Shown here: positions 56,039-64,000 of the stretch, piece by piece
How positions within the stretch are numbered: position 1 is the first letter of the stretch
How the letters are laid out: every line of letters starts with the position of its first letter
DNA from: a virus
Taxonomy: Duplodnaviria; Caudoviricetes
IMG/VR virus record: IMGVR_UViG_3300032237_000080
Location: 305-64,304 of that record
Direction: 5' to 3' (one strand)
DNA: 64,000 nucleotides
The notes under the pieces: model-generated
Told to the model about the DNA's origin: nothing
Seen by the model: the letters and a program-made list of their open reading frames with translations, nothing else
The model's database searches: none
Position numbers and translations under genes: made by a program

Positions 56039-57040
56039 ATGACAACAGGAACATCAACACTTTTAGGTCTTGCATTACCTGTTACCGGTGAGCTTAGTGG
56101 CACATGGGGCGACACAGTAAATGATTCAATTACTTCACTATTGGATTCTGCCGTTGCTGGAACAACCACATTAAGCACAGACGCTGATGTAACCTTGACC
56201 ACTACAACGCTGGCGGCTAATCAGTCACGCCAAGCAATTTTGCTTTGGACAGCAGGTGGCACAGTTACCCGAACAATTACTGCCCCGGCCCAGTCAAAAG
56301 TTTATGCGGTTATTAATAAAACATCCAGCACCCAGTCTATTAAATTAGTGGGTGTGGGGCCTACTACCGGCATTACGATTGATGCAAACGAAAAGTGTGT
56401 TGCAGCATGGAACGGTTCTGACTTTGTAAAAATTGCTACCACGGCGGTTGACGGTGTAGCCACAATCAGTTTTGGATCGACTGGCCTGACACCTAGTACA
56501 GCCACGGCAGGGACTGTTTCTGTTGCTGGTACGCTAATCACCACAAATGGCGGTACTGGACTTACCAGCTATACCGCAGGCGACATTGCCTACTACGCTT
56601 CCGGCACTGCGTTATCAAAGCTTGGCATTGGTTCAAGCAAAACAATTCTGACTTCATCTGGTACAGCCCCGCAATGGTCTGCAAGCCTTGACACTTCTCA
56701 AGGTGGCACGGGATTAACAACATTTACTGCGGGTGACTTGGTTTATTTTGCAAGCGGTACATCATTTACCAAGCTTGGCATCGGTACAAACGGTCAGGTA
56801 CTGACCTCCAGTGGAACTGCTCCTCAATGGTCTGCCGCATCATCTGTTGGTGTGACAACAATCAGTTTTGGCTCTACAGGACTGACACCAAGCACTGCTA
56901 CAAGTGGTGCTGTATCAGTAGCTGGCACATTGGCGCTTACCAATGGCGGTACAGGCGGAACCTCAGTGGCAACAGCACAAACAAGTCTTCAAGTCGATCC
57001 AGCGGGAACGGCAGTCGCAATGGCAATCGCATTAGGATAA
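56039..57040 (+). CDS. Tail fibre shaft-like protein with internal repeats
   Basis: Two TISFGSTGLTPSTAT..VSVAGTL..TNGGTG units and two GGTGLT..TAGD..Y.ASGT...KLGIG....LTSSGTAPQWSA units. Confidence 0.7.
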   Translation: MTTGTSTLLGLALPVTGELSGTWGDTVNDSITSLLDSAVAGTTTLSTDADVTLTTTTLAANQSRQAILLWTAGGTVTRTITAPAQSKVYAVINKTSSTQSIKLVGVGPTTGITIDANEKCVAAWNGSDFVKIATTAVDGVATISFGSTGLTPSTATAGTVSVAGTLITTNGGTGLTSYTAGDIAYYASGTALSKLGIGSSKTILTSSGTAPQWSASLDTSQGGTGLTTFTAGDLVYFASGTSFTKLGIGTNGQVLTSSGTAPQWSAASSVGVTTISFGSTGLTPSTATSGAVSVAGTLALTNGGTGGTSVATAQTSLQVDPAGTAVAMAIALG

Positions 57041-57043
57041 ATC

Positions 57044-57370
57044 ATGGCAAATACATTCACGCGGTATATCAATCGAAACGTAGGAACGTCACCTGTGACG
57101 ATGGTGACTGCCGCCTCGTCTACACAAACTACGGTCATCGGCTTAACAGCCTCAAACACAACGTCTTCGCCAATTACGGTGGATGTGTACTTGGTTGTCT
57201 CGGCAGCTAACTACTACTTGGTTAAGAGTGCGACTGTCCCAGTGGGAGGTTCATTGGCCTTGTTTGGTGCTGATGGCAAGCTTGTGCTGAATACAGGGGA
57301 TGCGTTCACTGTAGTGGCAAGCGCGGCAACATCTGCTGACTTCATCCTTTCTGTACTGCAAATCACATGA
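57044..57370 (+). CDS. Putative tail-associated structural protein
   Basis: MANTFTR...VIGLTASN...YLVKSATVPVGGSL; located in the fibre cluster. Confidence 0.6.
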   Translation: MANTFTRYINRNVGTSPVTMVTAASSTQTTVIGLTASNTTSSPITVDVYLVVSAANYYLVKSATVPVGGSLALFGADGKLVLNTGDAFTVVASAATSADFILSVLQIT

Positions 57371-58644
57371 GTTACATAGGCAACACCGCAACCAATCAGG
57401 CGTTTACACCAGCCATTGATTATTTCAGTGGTAACGCAAGCACGACTGCGTTTACATTGTCTAAGCCTGTTGCGTCTGTGGCGCAGGTGCAGGTGGTGGT
57501 TAATAACGTAGCGCAGAACCCATCATCTGCCTATACAGTCAGTAGCAACACCATTACATTTACATCTGCCCCGTCAGCAGGTACAAACAATATTTATGTG
57601 TATTACACAAGCCCGATTACGCAATTGATTGCACCTAGTCAGGGTACGGTAGGGCTTACACAGTTAACAGCCACGGGTACAGCAAGTTCATCGACATACC
57701 TGCGCGGAGATAACTCTTGGGCAGCTCTTACATCAAGCCAATGGACTACAACTGGTTCTGATATTTACTACAACACTGGTAATGTGGGGATTGGTACAAG
57801 TTCGCCAAGTGGTCGTTTAAACTTAGCGGTGGGCGCATCAACATCTTGCACCATGCGTTTTACTGCGAATAATACAGGTACTGGTGCTGGCGACAGAGGT
57901 AGGTTAGATTTTTATTCTGCTGACAACTCAGGCACTGCGTATCAACTTGGCTACATGGATTACGACCGTTCAGATGGAACGGGAACAGCATCGTACATTG
58001 CATGGGCAAACAGAGTTTCTGGTACTGTCGCAGAGCGTATGCGTATCGACTCCAGCGGCAACTTGCTCATGGGGACTACAAGTAGTTTTAATTCAAATGC
58101 GGCTATATTGACCGCCCTAGGTACACAACAAAACCAAATGGTGTACTTTAGAAATTCAAATGCCACAAACCCTGCTGGGATTATTGTTAATTACTCTGTT
58201 GCTACGCCCAACAATACAGGAAGCGAATTTTTCTTTGGAAACGATCCTGCACAAACAAGAGTTACTTTGCGTTCAAATGGTGGCATTGCTAACTATTCTG
58301 CAAACAATGTCAACTTATCTGACCGCAGAGAAAAAACAAATTTTGCACTAGCTAAATCTTATCTTGATGTAATTTGCGCCATACCTGTACAGACCTTTAA
58401 TTACATTGACCAAAATCTTGAAGAAGATGATGGCTTGACATTGGGTGTTGTTGCTCAAGATGTCCAAGCGGTTGCACCTGAGTTGGTAAGCGAATCTGAT
58501 TGGTCACCAGAAAAAGATGGCTCTAAGGTTCGTTTGTCAATTTATCAGACTGACTTGCAATATGCCTTGATGAAGTGCATCCAAGAACAACAAGCCCTCA
58601 TCACAGCCCTTACAGCAAGAATTGAAGCACTGGAGAACAAATAA
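57367..58644 (+). CDS. Tail fibre/spike with C-terminal intramolecular chaperone (peptidase S74-like)
   Basis: NVGIGTSSP and ERMRIDSSGN repeats; LSDRREK cleavage motif; GVVAQDV; coiled-coil end. Confidence 0.85.
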   Translation: MSYIGNTATNQAFTPAIDYFSGNASTTAFTLSKPVASVAQVQVVVNNVAQNPSSAYTVSSNTITFTSAPSAGTNNIYVYYTSPITQLIAPSQGTVGLTQLTATGTASSSTYLRGDNSWAALTSSQWTTTGSDIYYNTGNVGIGTSSPSGRLNLAVGASTSCTMRFTANNTGTGAGDRGRLDFYSADNSGTAYQLGYMDYDRSDGTGTASYIAWANRVSGTVAERMRIDSSGNLLMGTTSSFNSNAAILTALGTQQNQMVYFRNSNATNPAGIIVNYSVATPNNTGSEFFFGNDPAQTRVTLRSNGGIANYSANNVNLSDRREKTNFALAKSYLDVICAIPVQTFNYIDQNLEEDDGLTLGVVAQDVQAVAPELVSESDWSPEKDGSKVRLSIYQTDLQYALMKCIQEQQALITALTARIEALENK

Positions 58645-59138
58645 TGGCAGTCAGCACAATTGATTCGACAGGCTTATCGGCAGGTGGTGTAGCTCAGACA
58701 AGCCTTGGCACAAACGTGGCTGGCAATGGCCCTGCGTTTAGTGCTTATCCAAATGCAACTTTAAGCATTCCAAACAGCACGGCTACAAAAATACTTTTTC
58801 AAACTGAAGAATTTGATACAAATAATAATTTTGCGTCTTCTACTTTTACACCTACTGTAGCTGGGTATTACCAGCTATCAACTTTAGTTGGGGCTAGTGG
58901 AACTCTTATAGCAACTGAGGCAACTATTGCAATTTATAAAAATGGGAGTGTTTACAAGTATTTAGCAGACCCCTATGCTGCTTCTATTTCAATGCTTGGG
59001 GGTTCTTGTTTAGTCTATGCAAATGGGACAACAGACTATTTTGAAATTTATCTACAACAATTTAGTGGTGGTTCAAGAACTATATCTTCAGCTTCAACGA
59101 CTACTTGGTTTCAAGGTGTCTTGGTAAGGAGCGCATAA
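58644..59138 (+). CDS. C1q/TNF-like beta-sandwich protein (putative fibre tip)
   Basis: PAFSAY...ILFQTEEFDTNNNF...FTPTVAGYYQ...VYANGTTDYFEIY. Confidence 0.65.
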   Translation: MAVSTIDSTGLSAGGVAQTSLGTNVAGNGPAFSAYPNATLSIPNSTATKILFQTEEFDTNNNFASSTFTPTVAGYYQLSTLVGASGTLIATEATIAIYKNGSVYKYLADPYAASISMLGGSCLVYANGTTDYFEIYLQQFSGGSRTISSASTTTWFQGVLVRSA

Positions 59139-59139
59139 C

Positions 59140-60522
59140 ATGAGCTACATTGGAAATTCGCCCACAAACGTTGCCTTCCAGACTGACACATTCAGCGGCA
59201 CTGGAAGCCAGACAGCGTTTACCATGTCGGTGGCTCCTGCCAACACGACCTCAGTCCTTGTTGCTGTCACTGGTGTGTTGCAAGACCCATCCACATACTC
59301 TGTATCTGGAACCACCCTGACGTTCTCTGCCGCCCCTCCAAGCGGTACAAGCAACATTTCTGTCAGATACCTTGGTATCCCTGCTTCAGGAGTCACAACG
59401 ACCGCCTACAGGACTGTGACGAACACAACCGCCACAGCGGGTCAGACAAGCTTCACCATCCCTTCTTACACCGTTGGGTACATTGATGTATTCAGAAACG
59501 GCGTATACCTGCCTACAACCGATTACACAGCTACCACGGGTACTACGGTAGTCCTGACTAATGCGGCTACTGTGGGTGACACCATAACCACATCAAGTTT
59601 CTATGTCTCTAGCGTGTTGAATGCCTTGCCGACAACTGGTGGAACATTGTCTGGCAACTTAATTGTGTCTGGTACGGAGACTGTATCTACCATCACAAGC
59701 CCTGCGGCTACTGCACTAACTTTGCAAACCAACAATGGAACAACAGCAGTTACTGTTGACACAAGTCAGAATGTGGGTATTGGTACTGCTTCGCCAAGTA
59801 GTTATGGCAAACTAACAGTCGCAAATACAGCAGCAGACACGCGCATTTATGTCCTTGATGATATTGCAAACGGGCGAGGTGGATATCTGCGCTCTAACTA
59901 TTCTGATGCCGTAATTCTTGGCACAACTAGTGGTGTTCGCGCTTTAGTGTTTTCTCCTGACAACACAGAGCGTATGCGTCTTGACCTTAGCGGTAACTTG
60001 CTGGTGGCTAAAACAGCAACATCAACAACTACTGCTGGTGCTGAAATTCGTGCGGCAGATGGTTCTTTTTATTCAACAAACTCAGCCACCTTAAATACCA
60101 CAAGCACATATAACGCTTATTCAACTGGTGCATCTGCATATCGTTTTTATGTTGGTATGGCTGGAACTGTTTACGCAACAAACACAGCCATAACAGCCAT
60201 TTCAGACCAACGATTGAAAGAAAACATTCGTGATTTAGACGATGGACTTGAAAAAGTATTGGCACTCAAGCCACGCAAATTTGATTGGAAAGAAGGCAAA
60301 GGCGCAGACATTAAAGATGCCCGTGGTTTTATTGCTCAAGAGTTTGAAATTGTATTTCCTGACATGGTTGAGGCGTGGAAAGACACGCCACCCGAAGGCG
60401 AAGAGCCATACAAGGCAGTCAATGCCAATCTGATTCCAACACTGGTCAAAGCCATCCAAGAACAACAAGCCCTTATCACTCAACTACAAGCTGACGTAGC
60501 GGCACTGAAAGGTAAACCATGA
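59140..60522 (+). CDS. Second tail fibre/spike with peptidase S74-like chaperone
   Basis: Same MSYIGN N-terminal domain as 57367; ISDQRLKENI; GFIAQE; LVKAIQEQQ. Confidence 0.85.
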   Translation: MSYIGNSPTNVAFQTDTFSGTGSQTAFTMSVAPANTTSVLVAVTGVLQDPSTYSVSGTTLTFSAAPPSGTSNISVRYLGIPASGVTTTAYRTVTNTTATAGQTSFTIPSYTVGYIDVFRNGVYLPTTDYTATTGTTVVLTNAATVGDTITTSSFYVSSVLNALPTTGGTLSGNLIVSGTETVSTITSPAATALTLQTNNGTTAVTVDTSQNVGIGTASPSSYGKLTVANTAADTRIYVLDDIANGRGGYLRSNYSDAVILGTTSGVRALVFSPDNTERMRLDLSGNLLVAKTATSTTTAGAEIRAADGSFYSTNSATLNTTSTYNAYSTGASAYRFYVGMAGTVYATNTAITAISDQRLKENIRDLDDGLEKVLALKPRKFDWKEGKGADIKDARGFIAQEFEIVFPDMVEAWKDTPPEGEEPYKAVNANLIPTLVKAIQEQQALITQLQADVAALKGKP

Positions 60523-61559
60523 CCAACGCAGTAATCATTGCCCAACAAGGCTCAAACAACACTACCTTCCGCAATAGGATCATCAACGGTGCGATGGTAA
60601 TTGACCAGCGTAATGCGGGGGCGAGTACAACGCCTGCGGGAAATACTTATACAGTCGATAGGTTTTACTATCAATCTACGCAAGCGTCTAAATTTACCAT
60701 TCAACAAAACAAAGGCTCTGTAACTCCCCCAGTTGGCTTTGCTAACTACCTTGGGTTTTCTACGGCTTCTGCTGTCACTGTTGCCGCTGGTGATTACTTT
60801 ACGACGCATCAGCCAATAGAAGGATTTAACACTGCTGATTTAGGATTTGGTACAGCAAACGCTAAAACAGTTACGCTTTCATTCCAAGTGTATTCTTCGC
60901 TGACTGGAACATTTGGCGGAGCTTTGCAAAATAATGGCGCAAGCCGTTCTTACCCATTTACTTACACAATTTCATCTGCTAATACTTGGACTTCTGTTTC
61001 TGTGACTATTGCAGGGGACACAAGCGGGACTTGGGTAGGTGCAACAAATGGCATTGGTATGTTTGTGTTGTTTGGCTTGGGTTCTGGTACTACATATAGC
61101 GGTACTGCTGGCGCATGGGCTAGTACAAATTATCAAACCGCAACAGGTGCGGTATCAGTTGTAGGCACATTGAACGCCACCTTCTACATCACAGGTGTAC
61201 AGCTAGAAGCAGGGTCTACTGCATCCCCATTTGAGAATCGTTCATATGGTGTTGAGTTGGCTTTGTGTCAGAGGTATTATGAATTTAATGCAAGCGCCGC
61301 AACGATTCAAGCAAATTCAATTTTTTTCAGTGGAAACGTTTCAAACACATTAATTTATTACGTTGCTAAAGGTTTTATGGTTTCAAAACGTGCGGCTCCA
61401 ACGGTTACACCTACTTTGATTGGTGTTCAAGGATTTCCGTCTGCCGCTTGTACTGTTGACACAGTAGATATTATGGGTTTTAGGGCAACTCAAACAGCAA
61501 ATGCGAATTCTAACGGCGGTTATTTTATTAACTCATGGACGGCATCAGCGGAACTTTAA
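60519..61559 (+). CDS. Putative receptor-binding/fibre protein, paralog A
   Basis: [17 protein letters not shown]...ITGVQLE.GSTA..F..R.YG.EL.LCQRYY. Confidence 0.7.
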   Translation: MTNAVIIAQQGSNNTTFRNRIINGAMVIDQRNAGASTTPAGNTYTVDRFYYQSTQASKFTIQQNKGSVTPPVGFANYLGFSTASAVTVAAGDYFTTHQPIEGFNTADLGFGTANAKTVTLSFQVYSSLTGTFGGALQNNGASRSYPFTYTISSANTWTSVSVTIAGDTSGTWVGATNGIGMFVLFGLGSGTTYSGTAGAWASTNYQTATGAVSVVGTLNATFYITGVQLEAGSTASPFENRSYGVELALCQRYYEFNASAATIQANSIFFSGNVSNTLIYYVAKGFMVSKRAAPTVTPTLIGVQGFPSAACTVDTVDIMGFRATQTANANSNGGYFINSWTASAEL

Positions 61560-61561
61560 TC

Positions 61562-61726
61562 ATGTACAAACTTCAGCCTGACACAATCTTTGGAAAAGCA
61601 ACTTGCATCAAGCGTATTTCTGATGGCGCATTCATACCATTTGACCCCGCCAACACAGACTATCAACAATATCTTGCTTGGCTGGCTGAAGGCAACACAC
61701 CATTACCCGCAGAGGAGAATAACTGA
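61562..61726 (+). CDS. Small fibre-associated (assembly/chaperone-like) protein A
   Basis: MYKL...[30 protein letters not shown]. Confidence 0.7.
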   Translation: MYKLQPDTIFGKATCIKRISDGAFIPFDPANTDYQQYLAWLAEGNTPLPAEENN

Positions 61727-62814
61727 TGGCTTTAACAACCGTTGACGGTGGATTATTAAGTTCCACAAACGCCCAGTACACAGGCTTTAAAAATCGTCTG
61801 ATAAATGGCGGTATGGTGATTGACCAGAGGAATGCGGGGGCGAGTGTAAGCATTCAAACATCTAATCCAACATATGTATTAGATAGATGGGGTGGTGGTG
61901 CAAGTCAAAATAGCAAATACACAATTCAGCAAAATGCAGGCGCTGTTACGCCTCCTGTTGGATATTCTAAATATTTGGGCGTTACATCTTCATCTGCTTA
62001 TTCTGTCTTGGCCGCAGATTATTTTTTTGTAACACAACGAATTGAAGGCTTTAACACAATAGATTTGAATTTTGGAACTGCAAGCGCATCAAGCGTTGCT
62101 TTATCGTTTTGGGTTCGCAGTTCTTTGACTGGAACTTTTGGTGGTTCTATTACAAATTCCGATGCGTCAAGAACTTATCCATTTACATACACAATTTCTT
62201 CTGCAAATACTTGGGAACAAAAATCAGTAACTATTGCTGGTGATACTACAGGGACATGGGCAACTAATAACACCGCTGGTATTAACGTTCTTTTTGGTTT
62301 AGGAGTAGGCTCTACTTATAGTGGAACTGCTGGCTCTTGGTCTGCAAATAGTTATCTTTCAGCCACAGGCGCAACATCAGTGGTTGGTACATCAAGTGCA
62401 ACTTTCTACATCACAGGCGTACAGCTAGAAAAAGGTTCAACAGCAACTAGCTTTGATTACAGACCTTATGGGACTGAGTTGGTTTTGTGTCAACGGTATT
62501 ATGAAAAATCATACAGTATGGCATCAATTGCTGGTGCAAGCACTAATACAGGTAAGGGTTCTTTTAATGTTGGTGCGGCGGCAAATACATTTTGGCGATG
62601 GACTCAAAATTATTGTGTTTCAAAACGAGCAGATTCAACATTCACAATTTATTCAACAACTGGCGCATCAGGTAATGTTAGGTTAAACAATGCGTCAGAT
62701 TTGGCTGTTACTACAGAAGATGCAGGTGAAAACGCAACTGCTATTTATGTATCAAGAAATGCTAGTCTTGGTGATTTCTTTTGGTGGCAATGGACTGCTT
62801 CAGCGGAGTTATAA
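61726..62814 (+). CDS. Putative receptor-binding/fibre protein, paralog B
   Basis: Same conserved blocks as 60519 with a different distal region. Confidence 0.7.
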   Translation: MALTTVDGGLLSSTNAQYTGFKNRLINGGMVIDQRNAGASVSIQTSNPTYVLDRWGGGASQNSKYTIQQNAGAVTPPVGYSKYLGVTSSSAYSVLAADYFFVTQRIEGFNTIDLNFGTASASSVALSFWVRSSLTGTFGGSITNSDASRTYPFTYTISSANTWEQKSVTIAGDTTGTWATNNTAGINVLFGLGVGSTYSGTAGSWSANSYLSATGATSVVGTSSATFYITGVQLEKGSTATSFDYRPYGTELVLCQRYYEKSYSMASIAGASTNTGKGSFNVGAAANTFWRWTQNYCVSKRADSTFTIYSTTGASGNVRLNNASDLAVTTEDAGENATAIYVSRNASLGDFFWWQWTASAEL

Positions 62815-62976
62815 ATGTACAAACTTGTAAACAATTCTTATGGTGGTCAAGCAAGCATGATTCAACGCTTGTCTGATAACGCATTCATTCCAATGAGTGA
62901 AGCAAACACCGACTACCAAGCTTACCTTGCTTGGCTTGCAGAGGGCAACACACCACTTCCAGCGGATGAATCATGA
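62815..62976 (+). CDS. Small fibre-associated protein B, 53 aa (absent from the ORF track)
   Basis: [53 protein letters not shown]. Confidence 0.75.
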   Translation: MYKLVNNSYGGQASMIQRLSDNAFIPMSEANTDYQAYLAWLAEGNTPLPADES

Positions 62977-63170
62977 TTGACGATTTAGAAACAGAATTTG
63001 CAGTACATGAGGCTGTTTGCAAACAAAGATACGAGGCCATTCAAAAGTCATTGGCTGAAGGCGACAAGCGCATGACCAAGATTGAGTATTTGCTTTATGC
63101 AGTGATGATTTGCGTGTTGTTTGGCCCCGGTGTTGCCGCTGAGTTGGTGAAAAAAGTCTTGGGGCTATAA
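62973..63170 (+). CDS. Small protein with coiled coil and C-terminal TM segment (lysis-region, XhlA-like topology)
   Basis: [12 protein letters not shown]...[21 protein letters not shown]. Confidence 0.6.
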   Translation: MIDDLETEFAVHEAVCKQRYEAIQKSLAEGDKRMTKIEYLLYAVMICVLFGPGVAAELVKKVLGL

Positions 63171-63851
63171 ATTGACCCTATCTCTCTCCTTTTTGCCGCC
63201 AATGCCTGTGTTGCTGCTATCAAGCAGGGATGCAAACTGTACAAGGACGCTAAAACGTCTTTTGTGGAGGTCAAGAAGACTGTTGATGAAATTGTTTCTG
63301 ACGCAAAGCAGGTTCGTAGTTTTTGGCAAAAGCTATTTGGAACAGACCCAGCCCCGTCCAAGCCTGTGGAGAAAAAGAAGGAGAAGTTCGTTGCCGTTGA
63401 CGAAACCCAAGTCATGGCAGACATCGTCAGTCAGCTTACAAAGCTGTTCAGGCTTGAAGAACAGTTAGCAACACACATTCGGGAGGCGGAAGAAAAGTCC
63501 AGAAACGTCTATGACCCTGATGCCAACTTGATGGAATCTGCGTTGCAAAGAGTGATGGCGCAGCAGCAGATGGCAGAACTGATAGTAACGGTCAGAGAAA
63601 CGATGGTGTATCAATCTCCGCCTGAGATGGGGGCGCTGTACAGCAAAGTGTTTGAGATGCGGGAAATCATTGGTCAGGAGCAGGAACAGGCAAGGTTGAA
63701 ACAGGAAGCGCAGCAAAGGTACAAACAATGGCAACGGCAGGAGGCAAAACGAAACCTTCAGGCAAAGTCAGCGTACCTAATCGTGACTTCTATATTCCTC
63801 CTGTATCTGTGGGCGTGGCTCCTCCTCCTGAATCGGTGGGGGAAGACGTAA
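63171..63851 (+). CDS. Coiled-coil membrane-anchored protein, probable ATT start
   Basis: Frame open from ATT 63171 (xDPISLLFAANACVAAIKQGC), 31 codons upstream of the tracked GTG; C-terminal TM segment. Confidence 0.6.
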   Translation: MDPISLLFAANACVAAIKQGCKLYKDAKTSFVEVKKTVDEIVSDAKQVRSFWQKLFGTDPAPSKPVEKKKEKFVAVDETQVMADIVSQLTKLFRLEEQLATHIREAEEKSRNVYDPDANLMESALQRVMAQQQMAELIVTVRETMVYQSPPEMGALYSKVFEMREIIGQEQEQARLKQEAQQRYKQWQRQEAKRNLQAKSAYLIVTSIFLLYLWAWLLLLNRWGKT

Positions 63852-64000
63852 TGGGTTGGGTTGCTGCTTTGATTTTGGTGGGTTTGATGCTACCTCTTTT
63901 GGGTATGCTGTATCTGGATATTCTGGAAGCCAAACATGAAGTCAAAGCGCAGGTAGAGAAAGTAGAGAAACTCAGGCGAGAGCTTGAACGAAAGGAAAGA
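63851..64000 (+). CDS. N-terminal TM plus coiled-coil protein (i-spanin-like topology), truncated by the window end
   Basis: MGWVAALILVGLMLPLLGMLYLDILEAKHEVKAQVEKVEKLRRELERKER. Confidence 0.5.
   Translation, partial: MGWVAALILVGLMLPLLGMLYLDILEAKHEVKAQVEKVEKLRRELERKER

Noticed and set aside
62509-62520. Partial palindrome TCATACAGTATG in a fibre gene
   Set aside because: Only 12 of 15 positions match, flanks are mismatched, it lies in coding sequence far from the cluster; probably chance.
60519-62814. Diversity-generating retroelement acting on the fibre tips
   Set aside because: No reverse transcriptase seen, and differences between paralogs are not adenine-specific.
1-64000. Alternative genetic code, tRNA or rRNA genes
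   Set aside because: Long genes read through in the standard code with normal stops; no cloverleaf or rRNA-like sequence noticed, though no scan was run.

Overview
The window is most of a dsDNA tailed-phage genome, probably podovirus-like: a long portal with a coiled-coil C-terminus, ejection-type proteins, and no tape-measure, sheath or tube genes. It has two oppositely oriented halves. The plus strand (36.6-64 kb, continuing at 1-14.9 kb) carries terminase, portal, a GroES-like co-chaperonin, scaffold, capsid, a cluster of Lys/Met/Gly-rich small proteins, head-tail and tail-fibre genes, a lysis module split across the window ends, and very large internal virion proteins. The minus strand (36.2 to 14.97 kb) carries many small early genes, a MoxR-like AAA ATPase/vWA-metallopeptidase module, VRR-NUC, family A DNA polymerase, a PD-(D/E)XK nuclease, HNH, an SNF2 helicase, an SSB-like protein and a primase-helicase. 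I saw no integrase, RNA polymerase, reverse transcriptase, tRNA or CRISPR array (manual inspection only). The main unexplained signals are: (1) ten copies of the 15-bp palindrome TTCATAC-R-GTATGAA confined to 30.4-36.3 kb, always with a central purine on the plus strand, two of them about 40-45 nt downstream of consensus sigma70 promoters; (2) a predicted H-type pseudoknot with its own candidate promoter just after the capsid terminator; (3) shared peptide tags, [FYLM][AK][EKS]GG and (A/G)DGxAx(R/K)GKT, across otherwise unrelated late proteins; (4) a probable ATT start codon in the lysis region. All family assignments come from motif recognition by eye, not database searches.
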